This document shows, in pieces, positions 1 through 11,697 of a DNA stretch of 64,000 nucleotides (the first letter of the stretch is position 1; the number at the start of each line of letters is the position of its first letter). Origin of the DNA: the human T2T-CHM13v2.0 reference genome, Homo sapiens. The translations under genes were made by a program, and so were the position numbers. Location: NCBI RefSeq assembly GCF_009914755.1, contig NC_060935.1, one strand, 5' to 3'. The notes beneath the pieces are model-generated. The model ran no database searches and was not told the origin of the DNA. It saw nothing but the letters and a program-made list of their open reading frames with translations.

Positions 1-6
1 AACAAA

Positions 7-343
7 TTTTATTTATTTATTTATTTATTTATTTGTTTGTTTGTTTATTTGTTTATTGAGATGGAGTCTTGCTTCATCGTTCATCGCGCAGGCTGGAGTG
101 CAATGGTGCGATCTCCGCTCATTGCAACCTCCGCCTCCCGGATTCAAAGATTCTCCTGCTTCAGCCTCCCAAATAGCTGGGATTACAGACACGCACCACC
201 ATGACCAGCTACTTTTTGTATTTTTAGTAGAGATGGGGTTTCACCATGTTGGCCAGGCTGATCTTGAACTCCTGACATCGTGATCTGCCCACCTTGGCCT
301 CCCAAAGTTCTGGGATTACAGGTGTGAGTCACCACGCCCAGCC
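7..343 (-). mobile_element. AluS (AluSg-like), full length, (TTTA)n(TTTG)n tail
   Basis: Reverse Alu dimer ending ccacgcccagcc at 343. 'ggccaggctgatcttgaactcctgacatcgtgatc' carries the Sg-type 2-bp deletion. Flank aacaaat at the window start recurs after the element (partial TSD). Confidence 0.92.
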
Positions 344-555
344 GAAACTAAACAAATCTTAAAACTCAAATAGTTTACGTGAGTTTGGTTTTGGCATAGT
401 GATAGACAGTAATATCAAGTGAATAGAATAGAGAGACCAGAAGTAGACCCAGAGGTATGTAATTGGTTAATGTGTCTTAAAGGAAAAATCACAAAGTGAA
501 TAGACAAAGAGGTTATCTAAAAAATTGGTACTTGATAAATTCTGCTTTATTTTTT

Positions 556-851
<296 letters not shown>

Positions 852-1407
852 TACTTTATTTTTTAATAAAGTAAATCTCAGAAGGATTAAATAATAAAAT
901 ATACTTTAATACATTATTTCAACACTAAAATAAATTATATACTTAGTAATTAATTATAAAATATGGAAAGGATTTGATGGTGAGCAACGAAAGAAACCAA
1001 ATATTGAAGGGTTTATAGAATCGATTTTCTGAATCATCTGTTAATCTTAAACAATATAAATTGAAATACATTTCAAAGAAATCTGACAGAGGATTACTAT
1101 TCTAACCTATAATGAAATCATACAATAAATCTATTGCATAGTTATAAACCTCAACACATGGTCAAATTATGTTAAACAGAGCATCTAAAAGACAGACTGT
1201 GTCTATCTAACAAATTATTTTATAAGTGTTTAATGTTTTAAATTAATGAAATACATGGTTGTTAAAAATGATTTCTCATTCCAATCATTATACATTCATA
1301 ATGGAAGTAAAAACATTGAAGAAATATAAGAGTATTTAAGACAGACGTTCTCACACTCAAATGGCATTGTACATTTTCACAATCTATAGAGAAAGCTGTT
1401 TGGTCAT

Positions 1408-1531
1408 GTTTACCAGTTTTCAAAGGTTTACCAGTTTTCAAAGGTTTACCAGTTTACAAGTTTTCCATGTTTCCATGTAAAAGTTACCAGTTTACCAGTT
1501 TCCTATGTTTACCAGTTTACAAGTTTTCAAA
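1408..1531. repeat. Irregular tandem array of GTTTACCA-like 8-9 bp units, including an 18-bp perfect duplication
   Basis: gtttaccagttttcaaag x2 (1408-1443), then about 11 variant units (gtttacca, gtttacaa, gtttccat...). Confidence 0.9.
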
Positions 1532-2214
1532 TTGTTCACACCTTTTATGCAGTAATGTCACTGATAGCAACCTATCCTAAGAAACTAATCTGACAAGCGT
1601 TGAGGCATTACTTACAATAAAGAAACTTGGAAATATCAAAATGTGTAATAATAAAAGATTAAGTAAAATATAATGTATCCACCTAAGACAGTATATATAA
1701 TACGTAAGTATTGCTGTCTATATTCTTTAAAGAGTTGGGTAAATGCTTAGGAGGTAACATTAAGTGGTAAAATCAAGTTATGCAACATACACACAGTATG
1801 GTCCATATATAAAAAAATATATAGATGAGAGGAAGGACGTGTTATTTACTGTGGTTATTTCTCTTGTGTGAGATAATGAATAATTTTCATTCTTTTCTAT
1901 ACTGTTTTACAGTTCACTTTTTTAAACTAGGCAAACATCAACAATACTTATTTCTGAATAATTCTAACCAGGATTCACTGTAGAACTCATATTCTCCTAC
2001 TACATAGACTTCATCTGGCAGAAGGAATTCTCTTTGGCCAGAAGAATTTCCTAGTCTCTGAACCCTAATAATATTTTGCTTACAAATTTTGTGTTTTGCT
2101 GATTGCATTTTCCTCGTGTAGAATTGTATATGTGTATCTGCCTTATGCATTAAATTATAAACAACCTGATCAGACATCAATCATGGTTTATCAGTCAATT
2201 TCTTAAACAAGGTT

Positions 2215-2297
2215 GAGTGAGTGAAAGAGAGAGAGAAAAAAATAAGGAGAGTGAGAGGGAGGGGGCAGAGAGAAAGAGAGAGAGAAAGAGAGAGAAA
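2215..2297. repeat. GA-rich low-complexity/microsatellite
   Basis: Imperfect (GA)n runs. Confidence 0.85.
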
Positions 2298-3179
2298 TAG
2301 TCAAGTCATATATGAGGAAAAAACACACAGTGGGTGACTGCAAGGGGCCACTGCATATGTGGCCAAAATGTGTAATAAATTCTGCGTTTTACCTTTTCCT
2401 TAGTGAGAGGAGGAGGAAGAGAAGACATTATGTTTCTGCTATCATTATTCTTAAATTTATCACATAAGCCATAAGTTTTCCTTTTTGCTGTCACTACAAA
2501 TTTCCAATATAATCTTAGTAGTCAATCAGTAGTCCTGTCCACACCATCTAACCGTCTACAACCATCTACAACATCTAACACTAAAATCATTTTCTTAGCT
2601 TTATTTCTTAGCTTTATTCTCTCCACAAGTAGTATACCAGCTTGTGTCCATCATTCACACTTCAAATTTTGAAGTCAAGTATTAATATACTAGATTCTAC
2701 TAATTTCACTCCCTCTTCATTCACCAGCACCTATTAGAATAATTTATTCATGGCAAAGTTTCTGTTTAATCTTTCTGCCTTTACTTATGACCAGGGTCTT
2801 GTTACTTTAATTTTGTGAGTTCTCTTTATTTTCCTGACTCCAGAATTCCTCATTGTAAATTTATTCTTCATATTGAATTCCTTCATATTGAATTAATTCT
2901 TCAAATTATGACCACCTACTCTCCAAGAGTATTTAATTGTTCCAAGAATTAACCACATCCGGTTTCCTTAAATTAGCTTTCTATGCCCAATGCAAATGAG
3001 ACATCAATTTTCATTTTGTCATTCCCTCTGGTAAAAATGTGTAAAGATGCCTCTCCTATAGATTTTCTGTTCTCTTAACTGTGCACTGAATTCACTGTCT
3101 TAGTAAACCAGACCATACAATTTTTTATTGAATTTAAAACACAGAGTGTTGCAATTCCACATCCTTGAAATCATGATAT

Positions 3180-3326
3180 ATATTTTTTTTCTTCGATATC
3201 ACTCTCAAGGAAAACATGAAGGATGTGTCTTACAATCAATGGCATCTAGCATCCTTTTCCTTCAGAATCATATATAAAAATGTAGCATCTTGAAAGAAAT
3301 GACATCTTAAATTTGATGAAATAAAG
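3180..3326. mobile_element. MER104/Kanga-like TcMar-Tc2 MITE remnant
   Basis: gatgtgtcttacaatcaatggcatct...gacatcttaaatttgatgaaataaag followed by TA; resembles the MER104 internal repeat and TIR. Confidence 0.55.
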
Positions 3327-4179
3327 TATTTTTTGGTCCTCACCATCTATAAGCATGATTTCTTAATAGTAAATGCTCAAATATTGGTTCAACACACTAA
3401 TATGTTTCAAGAAAAATGTCTCATGTGCCAATAACCAAGGAATTAACCCTGTTTATTTGTTAGTTATGTTTCACTCCTTCTGACAATAATGTAAAATATA
3501 GCAGCTGCAAAAAAAAAAAAGACTGAAAAATAAATATGCATGTTTAATAAGTTATTCTAGCATTCTAGCATAGACAGATGGAAGCTAAAAATTTCATAGA
3601 TCATAGTGGGTAGTACATTAATGTAATAATTTTATAATCAACTCTTCTTGACATATTAGGTATTTTATAAAATCTCATCATTTTTCTAACCTGATATATT
3701 TCGTGGCGTTTATCTTACTCCATTCTTCACATTAATTTTAAAGTGTTTCATTTTTACAAGGAAAAAGAATTATCTCTCTGATAACCACAGTGATAGCAAC
3801 AATAGAAACTATTGTCTTGCGTAACATGAACTGTGCTGCCCAAAACTGCATATATAAGCAGCTGGGTAAAAGGAAGTTAATTCATTACAAGACTTTCACA
3901 TGGTCCTTTTAAAATCTGAACGTGTTAAAGATTATAGTAATTTACTCCATGACCTAGAGCAAATTGAGACAACGTCTCGTGTTCTGGAATTTAAGCATCA
4001 CACTTTCAGGTTCACCATATTAAGTATATAGGTTATATTTAAAGAATGTTTAGTGAAGCATCTTAAAACCTTTAACAATTTGTCAATCTTCCAAATATTA
4101 TTTCTTTAAAATCTAAAATCAAAGACAAGACACTCATACATAGTTGAGCAAATATCTTATTTACTTATTTATTTTGATC

Positions 4180-5132
4180 ATTTCAACCTTTATTTTAGAT
4201 TCAGAAAGTGCATGTGCAGATTTGTTACATGGCTACATTGTGTGACACTGAGGTTTGGTGTGCAAATGATCTTGTCATCCTGGGAATGAACATAATACCC
4301 AATAGGTAGTTTTTCAGCCCTTGCCCTCCTCGCATTCTCCTCCCTCTAGTAGTCCCGTGTCTATTGTTCTTATCCTTACATCCATGAGTACCCAATATTT
4401 AGCTCCCACTTATGAGTGAGAACATGTTGTATTTGGTTTTCTGTTCCTGTGTTAATTTACTTAGGAAAATGGCCTCCAGTTGAATCCATGTTGCAGCTAA
4501 GGACATGATTTCATTCTTTTTTATGGCTGTGTACCAGTCCATGGTGTATATGTACCACATTTTCTTTCCCCAATTCACTGTTGGTGGTCATCTAGGTTGA
4601 TTCCATATCTTTGCTCTTGTGAATGGGGCTGTGATGAACATACGAGTTCATGTGTCTTTTTTGGTAGAACTAGTTTACTTTCCTTTGGTATATACCCAGT
4701 AATGGGATTGCCAAATCGAATGGCAGTTCTGTTTTAAGTTATTTTAGAAATCTCCAAACTGCTTTCCACAGTGACTGAGCTAATTTACATTCTGACCAAC
4801 AAAGTATAAGTGTCCCTTTTCTCTGCAGCCTTGCCAGCATGTTATTTTTTGACGTTTAATAATAGCCCTTCTGACTATTGTGATATATGGTTTTGACTTG
4901 CATTCCCCTGATGATTACCGATGTTGAGCATTTTTTAAGTGTTCGCTGGCTGTTTTGTATGTCTTTTTTTGAAAAGTGTCTGTTCATGTATTTTGTCCAC
5001 TTTTTAATGGGGTTATTTGGTTTTTTTGCTTGATGAATTGTTTAAGTTCCTTTTAGATTCTGGATATTCATACATCGTTGGATGTATAGTTTGTGAATAT
5101 CTTCTCCTATTCTTTAGGTTGTCTGTTTACTC
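4180..5132 (-). mobile_element. L1PA16-like 3' end (5'-truncated, about 950 bp)
   Basis: ttttagattcag...catgtgcagatttgttacatgg...gaggtttgg...cccaataggtagtttttcagcccttg; continues into the reverse ORF2 3' end. Confidence 0.88.
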
Positions 5133-5679
5133 AGCAGGTGTTTTAAATAGTGTGAATGTCATTCTAATTTGTCTAAAAGAGTGTCTAAGGACACTCTCAA
5201 GAGTGTTCGCTATTGTACAATAAATGTATATGTTTTTCCTAGATTAAAGTTTCCAAGAATGCCCCCAATTTTATAAAATCACTAGACTATTGCTAATATT
5301 CATTCTATCATTTTTATTTTTTGGACCATTTTATTTTAATGGATAAATAAAAATTGTTTATATTTACCATGGGTCCAGCTAACTCTTTCCTTTCAAAATG
5401 CAAACCTTCTTGGGTAGAACAGTATTTGTGTTCCTCAGCAGCTGGGTATGAATTTTATGTAATGGAGCTTGTAGCAGTATTCAAAGTCATGTGGGAGCAC
5501 TATGCCTGTGGGGCAAAAAAGCAAGAAAAAAAACAGCCAGTGATACAAATTGGTGCACTGGGATCACTGATGCAAACCAGACATGCTCCACAAACTGGCA
5601 TCTGGTTCCACAGGATCCTGTGAAGCTACTCTCCATCTCATGAACTTTCAATTCAGATACAGCACATTTTTATTTGTCA

Positions 5680-5830
5680 TCTAGATGCTCTGTGACATTA
5701 AGCAAGCAATAATGTCTCTCAGCCTGAATTTCTCTCCTATAAACAGTTGATACTAATCTTGACATTACACGTCTGTGTGAGAAGATGTATGTATATTCAC
5801 TTAGCCCGGTGATTTGTATTTATATGGCAA
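5680..5830 (+). mobile_element. MIR fragment
   Basis: Core tgtgacattaagcaagc...tctctcagcctgaatttctctcctataaa. Confidence 0.55.
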
Positions 5831-6060
5831 TTAGTTTACTTTTCCTGTGAGTATTTAATATTGAAGGACTGTCATTGTTTACAAAATGGCACCACCACAC
5901 CACTTTTCTCATATTCACAGGTTAATGAAATTGTACTTTCTGTGATGTCACTCCATACTCAAAACTATTTTACCTTCAACTCTCTCTTTTTGTTGTTGTT
6001 GCTGTTTATCTTCATCTCTTCCTTTGTTCTTTTTTAACATTGAGTTTCTATTCTACCACT

Positions 6061-6525
6061 TTCTTTTTGTTTCCTTTTTTTGTTTTTCAACTTTTAGTTT
6101 AGATTCAGGGGGGTACATGTGCTAGTTTGCCAGCTGTGTATGTCTGATGCTGAGGTTTGAAGTACAAATGACCCCACCACCCAGCACCTAGGTACTAAGC
6201 ATAGTACCCAACAATTAGTTTTTCAAACCTTTTCTCCCCTCCTTTCCCGCCTCTAGTAGTCTTCATTATCTATTATTGTCATATTTATGTTCATGAGCAC
6301 CCAATATTGAGCTCCTACTTAAAAGTGATAACACATGGTATTTGGTTTTCTGTTCCTGCGTTAATTCACATAGGATAATGGCTTTCAGCTGCATTCATGT
6401 TTCTGCAAAGGAAATGCTTTGTCTTTTTATGACTGCATAGTATTTTATGGTATATATGTACCACATTTTCTTTATCCAATCAACGGTTGGTGGGCATTTA
6501 GGTTGATTCCATGTCTTTGCTATTG
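6061..6525 (-). mobile_element. L1PA16-like 3' end (about 460 bp) with TSD
   Basis: ttagattcagggggtacatgtgc...; TSD attctaccac at 6050-6059 and 6527-6536. Confidence 0.88.
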
Positions 6526-6859
6526 AATTCTACCACATTATAAGCTAAATTAAAGTTAATATAATAAATATTCAAAGCATTAAAAAATAAAAATTTCATT
6601 GGAACTTAGTTAGAATTTAGAATAAAGCAGACTTTTAAATATTCACATTATCTAAAACTTGGATGTTAGATAATTTAGCCTATTAAATCATTTACTAATA
6701 TATGGTATAAAATATAATGAAGGTTCCTATTTACACAAGATCTTCGGGTCTCATAGAACAATATGCACATGGAAAAAGATGGCACAGGTACAAAGTGTGT
6801 TTAGGAATTTCACATACCTTATTTTGGCCATTGGCCATTCAAAGGAGGAAGAGATCACA

Positions 6860-7320
6860 ATGTGCTTGGAGTAGCAGCTTGGAGCACAGCAGAGAGATAA
6901 TAGGAAGCTGCATTTAGAATAAGGGAGTGCTAGAATATTAGGATCTGAAGGTGAAATACAAGGAGAAGGGCATTTTTAGGAGGGGGTGCAGGGAGGAACA
7001 ACATGAGCAAAATCTCAATGGTGAGAAAAGCATAGAAACCAGAGTGGTTGGCTTTGTCTAGGAGGTGGAATCCATAAAGGCATAGAGGGATGTCACCTTT
7101 AATGCCGCAAAGGGCATAGAAAGCCAGATTTGCAGTTTATCCATTTATAGCTACACGTACTATTGGGAAAGTAGAGTAGCAGGTTTCTGAGGGTTAAATA
7201 AGTTGTATAAAGTTGCTAACTTGTCATCGGCACACAGAACACAGTATTTCTCCTTTTTCCAGTAGGCAATGTGGGGCTACTGAAGTAATTGAGTAGGGGA
7301 GTGACCTGGACAAAGCCACA
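6860..7320 (-). mobile_element. L2 fragment
   Basis: gaggaacaacatgagcaaa; gtaggcaatgtggggctactgaag...gagtgacctgg (reverse L2 3' motifs). Confidence 0.5.
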
Positions 7321-8399
7321 TTCTGTATAACATTGTAGAACAGAAAAAGGAAAAAGAAAAAGGTGTGCCTTTTTAATTTTAATTTTTATTTTTCATAGTG
7401 TGATTTTCCTCAGTCTTTGGACCTGCGTTAAGCTATACTAAATGATAATTTCACTGAATTTATTTCTCTGAAAAAACTCAGCGTGTTACATAAGACTAAC
7501 AAGTACAAGGTCTCCAAGAACAATCTTTAAAAAGAATGTGTGACCTGGTGTAGACCAGAGCACTTGCTCAGTATTTTAACACAATGGAAAAACAATGGAG
7601 AAAGAAGTGTAAGATTTGCAGCTAAAACAGAAAATAAACATTTAGACAGGCTGAAAACAGCACGTAGTGGGATTTCTTACCCATGTTAAGAAACAGCAGT
7701 GGCAGACCAGCCAGTCGTACTTCTGACAGGCAGTGATGAGGCTGCTCTTTTGAAACAAGGATTCAGACAGTGAGGATAGAGGTAGGTCCAGATTACTCAG
7801 AGCAATCTGACAATAGTGTCTTTTGCACCAGCCTGAGGCAGTGATATGTCTTTGTAGTTAGGGATAACTTTTGTCTAAAAACCTCCAGGAAAAACGGGAT
7901 GACAGTACCCACATAGCACATCACTTTATTATTAATAATTCCCAGGTAGCAAATTATACAAACCTCACAGTTTTACCTGCATGAGAGAGCCTTCTGGATC
8001 CCTTGTCTGGTCCTAGTTTTGGCATCTCCTTTTCTTCACTATGTTTTTTTCAATGCCTGGGCAAACCCCTTACTCAGAGAACCCAGGCATCCTCCCAACA
8101 AAACATTTTGCTGGTTTTATCAGGAAAGATAGCAACACTACTTGCCACCTGCTAATACAGGTTGTATATAGCTGCATGTCCATCACTGCATCCCTGATAA
8201 CATTTATTAAGCCTTCTTCTACATTTATTGTTGCCCAGGAAAAAGAATCCTATGCTCGTGGGGAAGGAAATGCATTAGATTTGGATTATAGCTTCTATTT
8301 TTAAAGATATATTGGCAAGTACATAGTAATTTCTTTCAACATAGGAAGAAGAGCATAATGATACATTGGGAGAATCTTCTTATCTAATAGAGATAGATG

Positions 8400-8555
8400 A
8401 ACACATTAATGAATCAAATGATAGATATGGATGTGCATATAGATATAGATATCATATGAATTAACATATGGATATAGACATAGAAGTATATATATTCAAA
8501 TAAGCATATATAGATATAGAAATATATATATTTAATCATATATATACACGTATAT
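8400..8555. repeat. TA/GATA low-complexity tract
   Basis: Repeated atagatat/atatat units. Confidence 0.75.
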
Positions 8556-8769
8556 CTTACTAGTCTTAGATTTCTCTTTAGTTGTTAATATTTTTCCCTA
8601 TATATTTTCCAAAAGTTAAAATATAGAATAATTTTCTTTCTTTTTCAGGGTTTTAAGTTAACATAAGTTTTAAACAGATGAATTAAAATGTCAGCCAAAA
8701 ATTCAGAGCTAAAAACTGAAAATGTTTGCTCCACTTTTCATTTTACCTCCTTAACATCCTTCAGGTATA

Positions 8770-8965
8770 TTTAGTAGAATGAAGAGGCCAGGAAAAGTGC
8801 CTGTTGGAAGGAAGAGCCTCCGTATTCAAGCCTTCACCAAAGCTGCATGACTTTGAACAAGTTACTTTATCTCTCTAAACATCAATTCTGTCATCTATAA
8901 AATAGAGATCTATTATTTACCTTACATGGTTTTCCGAGGATTAGGTGATATTATGTAAAGCATAA
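8770..8965 (+). mobile_element. MIR
   Basis: gctgcatgactttgaacaagttactttatctctctaaacatcaattctgtcatctataaaatagagat...gaggattagg. Confidence 0.75.
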
Positions 8966-9574
8966 TAGATAACCCCCAATGTTATTTTCCTTCTTTCCTT
9001 GCTTATGAGAAATTAAGCTTTTGGATGAGTTATTGGACACTTTATAAGCTCAAGAAATAAGACAAACAGCTTCTCTTTTCAGATTTATTACATCTATTCA
9101 GAAAAACATCCACAAGCCTCTTATCTGGAATATATGTATAACAGAACCAATCCTAAAGAACAGCTATGCTTCTGGAAGTAGCAAAAGAAGCCAGAGATGA
9201 CAACATTTCCAGAGAGGGGAAGGAGGAGATGAAGACTCAGAAATGACAGCATAAGGTGTGATTGGCCAATCCACAGGTGAATCTGTTTAAATCTTAATTA
9301 CCACATCAACACACAACCAGTTATTTTTCTCCTTCAAAAATTCCCTTGTTGCTCTTTCTTTGATCTGAATTCCCACAGTTAACACAACCCATGGCATAAA
9401 AGTTCCATATCTGCCATGTAGAAGCTTTTAATATTGGCTTGGATTGTTATTTAAATCCCACATCACTATTTACTCAACTTTCTTTATATCAACCACCTCC
9501 CTGCCAGATTGCTTTTAATCTCTATGAGGATGAACACTCATACGTATTAATTAGTAAGTCAGTAAATAGACAGA

Positions 9575-9700
9575 AAATCCCCGCTCCACCACTTATTAGC
9601 ACATGTTCTTGTACAAGTTTCCAAACCTGTCCACAACTTAATTTATTTGGAAAAGTTGAATAATAACAATAGCTATCTTACAAGATTGCGAAAGAAGTAA
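9575..9700 (+). mobile_element. MIR fragment
   Basis: aatccccgctccaccacttattagc...ataataacaatagctatcttacaagattg. Confidence 0.6.
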
Positions 9701-9744
9701 CTTTCTGATACAAATTAATCACTCAAAAAATCTTTGTCGTTATA

Positions 9745-10190
9745 ATGGTAACTATTTTCGTGCCTACTATGGGTAAACCATGGGCTGGACATTATATATA
9801 CATTATCTCCAATTCTTTAAATTCTATTATTTTTAATGATTTATAGACAAGAACACGGAGGCATAGAGGGTAAGGATAATGCGAGTTGATTCAGTTTGCA
9901 GCAGCTCAGCTGAAATCAGAGACTACGAATTTGTGGTGTACCTTATACTCACCGCTTGTCTACTATTTTATTCCTGTCTTCCTTTTTTGGTAATATTTAT
10001 TATCACTTACTTTGTACCAGTCATGTTCTAAGTGCTATATCTATATTTTTTCCTTTAAAATGGTTCACATAAATCGTATGAGATAGGTACAATTATTCTC
10101 ACTTTCCAGAGTATAAAAACTAAAGCATAGAAGTTAATAAGTTGTCCAAGGCCCCAAAGGCAGTAAGTGGAACAGCCAGGACCTTATAGC
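9745..10190 (-). mobile_element. Two adjacent MIR copies (about 9745-9930 and 9990-10190)
   Basis: tttatagacaagaacacggaggcatagaggg; cacttactttgtaccag...tatgagataggtacaattattctcact...gttgtccaaggcc...agtaagtgg. Confidence 0.7.
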
Positions 10191-10887
10191 TCTCTGTGTC
10201 CCTGCCCATCATTGATTGATATGTATTACTGAGCACATCTATATGCCAGACTCTGATCTGGGCACAAGAGGTTCGGTTGTGGGCAAAACAGTTAAATCCT
10301 GGTTGTAGTCAAGTGGGAGAAGATAGATAAAACAAGTATATGTATGATTTGTCACATGGTGTTAAGCACTTTGGAGAAAAATTAAGATGAAGGTGATTAG
10401 AAGAGCAGTGTGCACGGGTCAGACTTGCTATTTCTATACAGTAGACAAAGGTGGACCCATAAATCCAGTGATATCTCAGGAAAAGATCTAAAGTTGGTGA
10501 AAGAGTGAGCCCTCTTGGTATTAGGGAAAAAGCATTCCAGACATAGGGAACAGCAATGCAAAGATCCTGAGGAAGAACCACAGGGGAACTATGTGGCTGA
10601 AATAGAGTAGGGAGAGGGAGAGAATGGGTGGAGGTAGGTCAGAGAGTAGATTATAAAGGTTCTCTAGGCAATGGCAAAAATCTCTAATGACTCTAAGGGC
10701 TTCTGAGCACAGGAATAATGTGATCACTCAGGCTGCGGAACAATGAATGGAATATAAAGGAGAAGCAAAGAGGCAAAAGAGAGCCAGAATGATCAGTTAG
10801 GATTTTTTCAGTTTAGAGAAGATGATGACTTGTATTAGAGGGGGAATTGTAAAAACAAAACAGCAACAACAAAAAAAACAGTCATAT

Positions 10888-11046
10888 AGCCAAACACAGG
10901 GGCTCACACCTTTAATCCCAGCACTTTGGGAGGCTGAGGCAGGAGGATGGCTTGAGCCCAGGAGTTTGAGATCAGCCTGGACAACATGAAACCTAACCTC
11001 TACAACAAAAAATAAATAAATAGTACAAATTTAAAACATAATTTTC
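10888..11046 (+). mobile_element. FLAM_C / AluJ left monomer
   Basis: ctcacacctttaatcccagcactttgggaggctgaggcaggaggatggcttgagcccaggagtttgag; A-rich tail; degenerate TSD aaaacagtcatat/aaagcaatcatat. Confidence 0.85.
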
Positions 11047-11316
11047 AAAGCAATCATATATTTATAGACGTAAAATAGTATATCTTGAAGTTCACAGGAT
11101 CTGCCAATAGACTGATTTGCAACTGTGAGAGAAAATACAAATCAAGGCCCGAACAACAGAAGGAATGGAATTGCCATTTAGTGAGATAAAGAATACTGCA
11201 GGAAGAAAAAACTTAGAGGAAAATCATGAGGAGTTTATTTGGACCATGTAAAACAACAGTGTGCTGGTGTTCACTAAAGAGTTAGTACGTGAGATCTGGG
11301 AAAAGAGAGGTTTGCA

Positions 11317-11697
11317 CCAGTCAAAATACTTCATATGCAGCAAAAACAAGGGACTCCCAAACCTCAGTGGCTTATGGCAAACACATTTTTAAATACTCAC
11401 TCATATTACATAGCCACCCTGGGGCTGCTAAGGCTGTACTCCAAGTTGCTTTGACTATGAGTCCCAGAATGACAGAGCAGATGTGTTTAACACTTTGCCA
11501 GACTCATAGCACAAGGAAAAAACAACATGGGTCTCACACTGGTCATGAAGCTTCTCCTGCAGATGGACAAAATAATCTCCATTACCATTTCATTGTCCAC
11601 AGTAAGTTGCATGGTCAAGTCTGAATTTTGTTTTTTAGAGTTGGGGGATATAATTATCATCTAGGAAAGAGGGAAACCATAATTTCAATCTATTACA
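11317..11697 (-). mobile_element. MLT1I-like MaLR solo LTR nested in L2
   Basis: aacctcagtggctta...cacactggtcatgaagcttct...catttcattgtccacagtaagttgcatggtcaagtctgaa. Confidence 0.7.

Noticed and set aside
1408-1531. CRISPR-like array
   Set aside because: No unique spacers, units too short, eukaryotic context, no cas genes.
4180-6525. Two L1PA16-like 3' ends as a segmental duplication
   Set aside because: Different truncation points, private mutations and unrelated flanks; the second has its own TSD.
11289-11624. 111-aa ORF
   Set aside because: Lies within the MLT1 LTR/L2 junction, has a non-ATG start and no recognisable domain.
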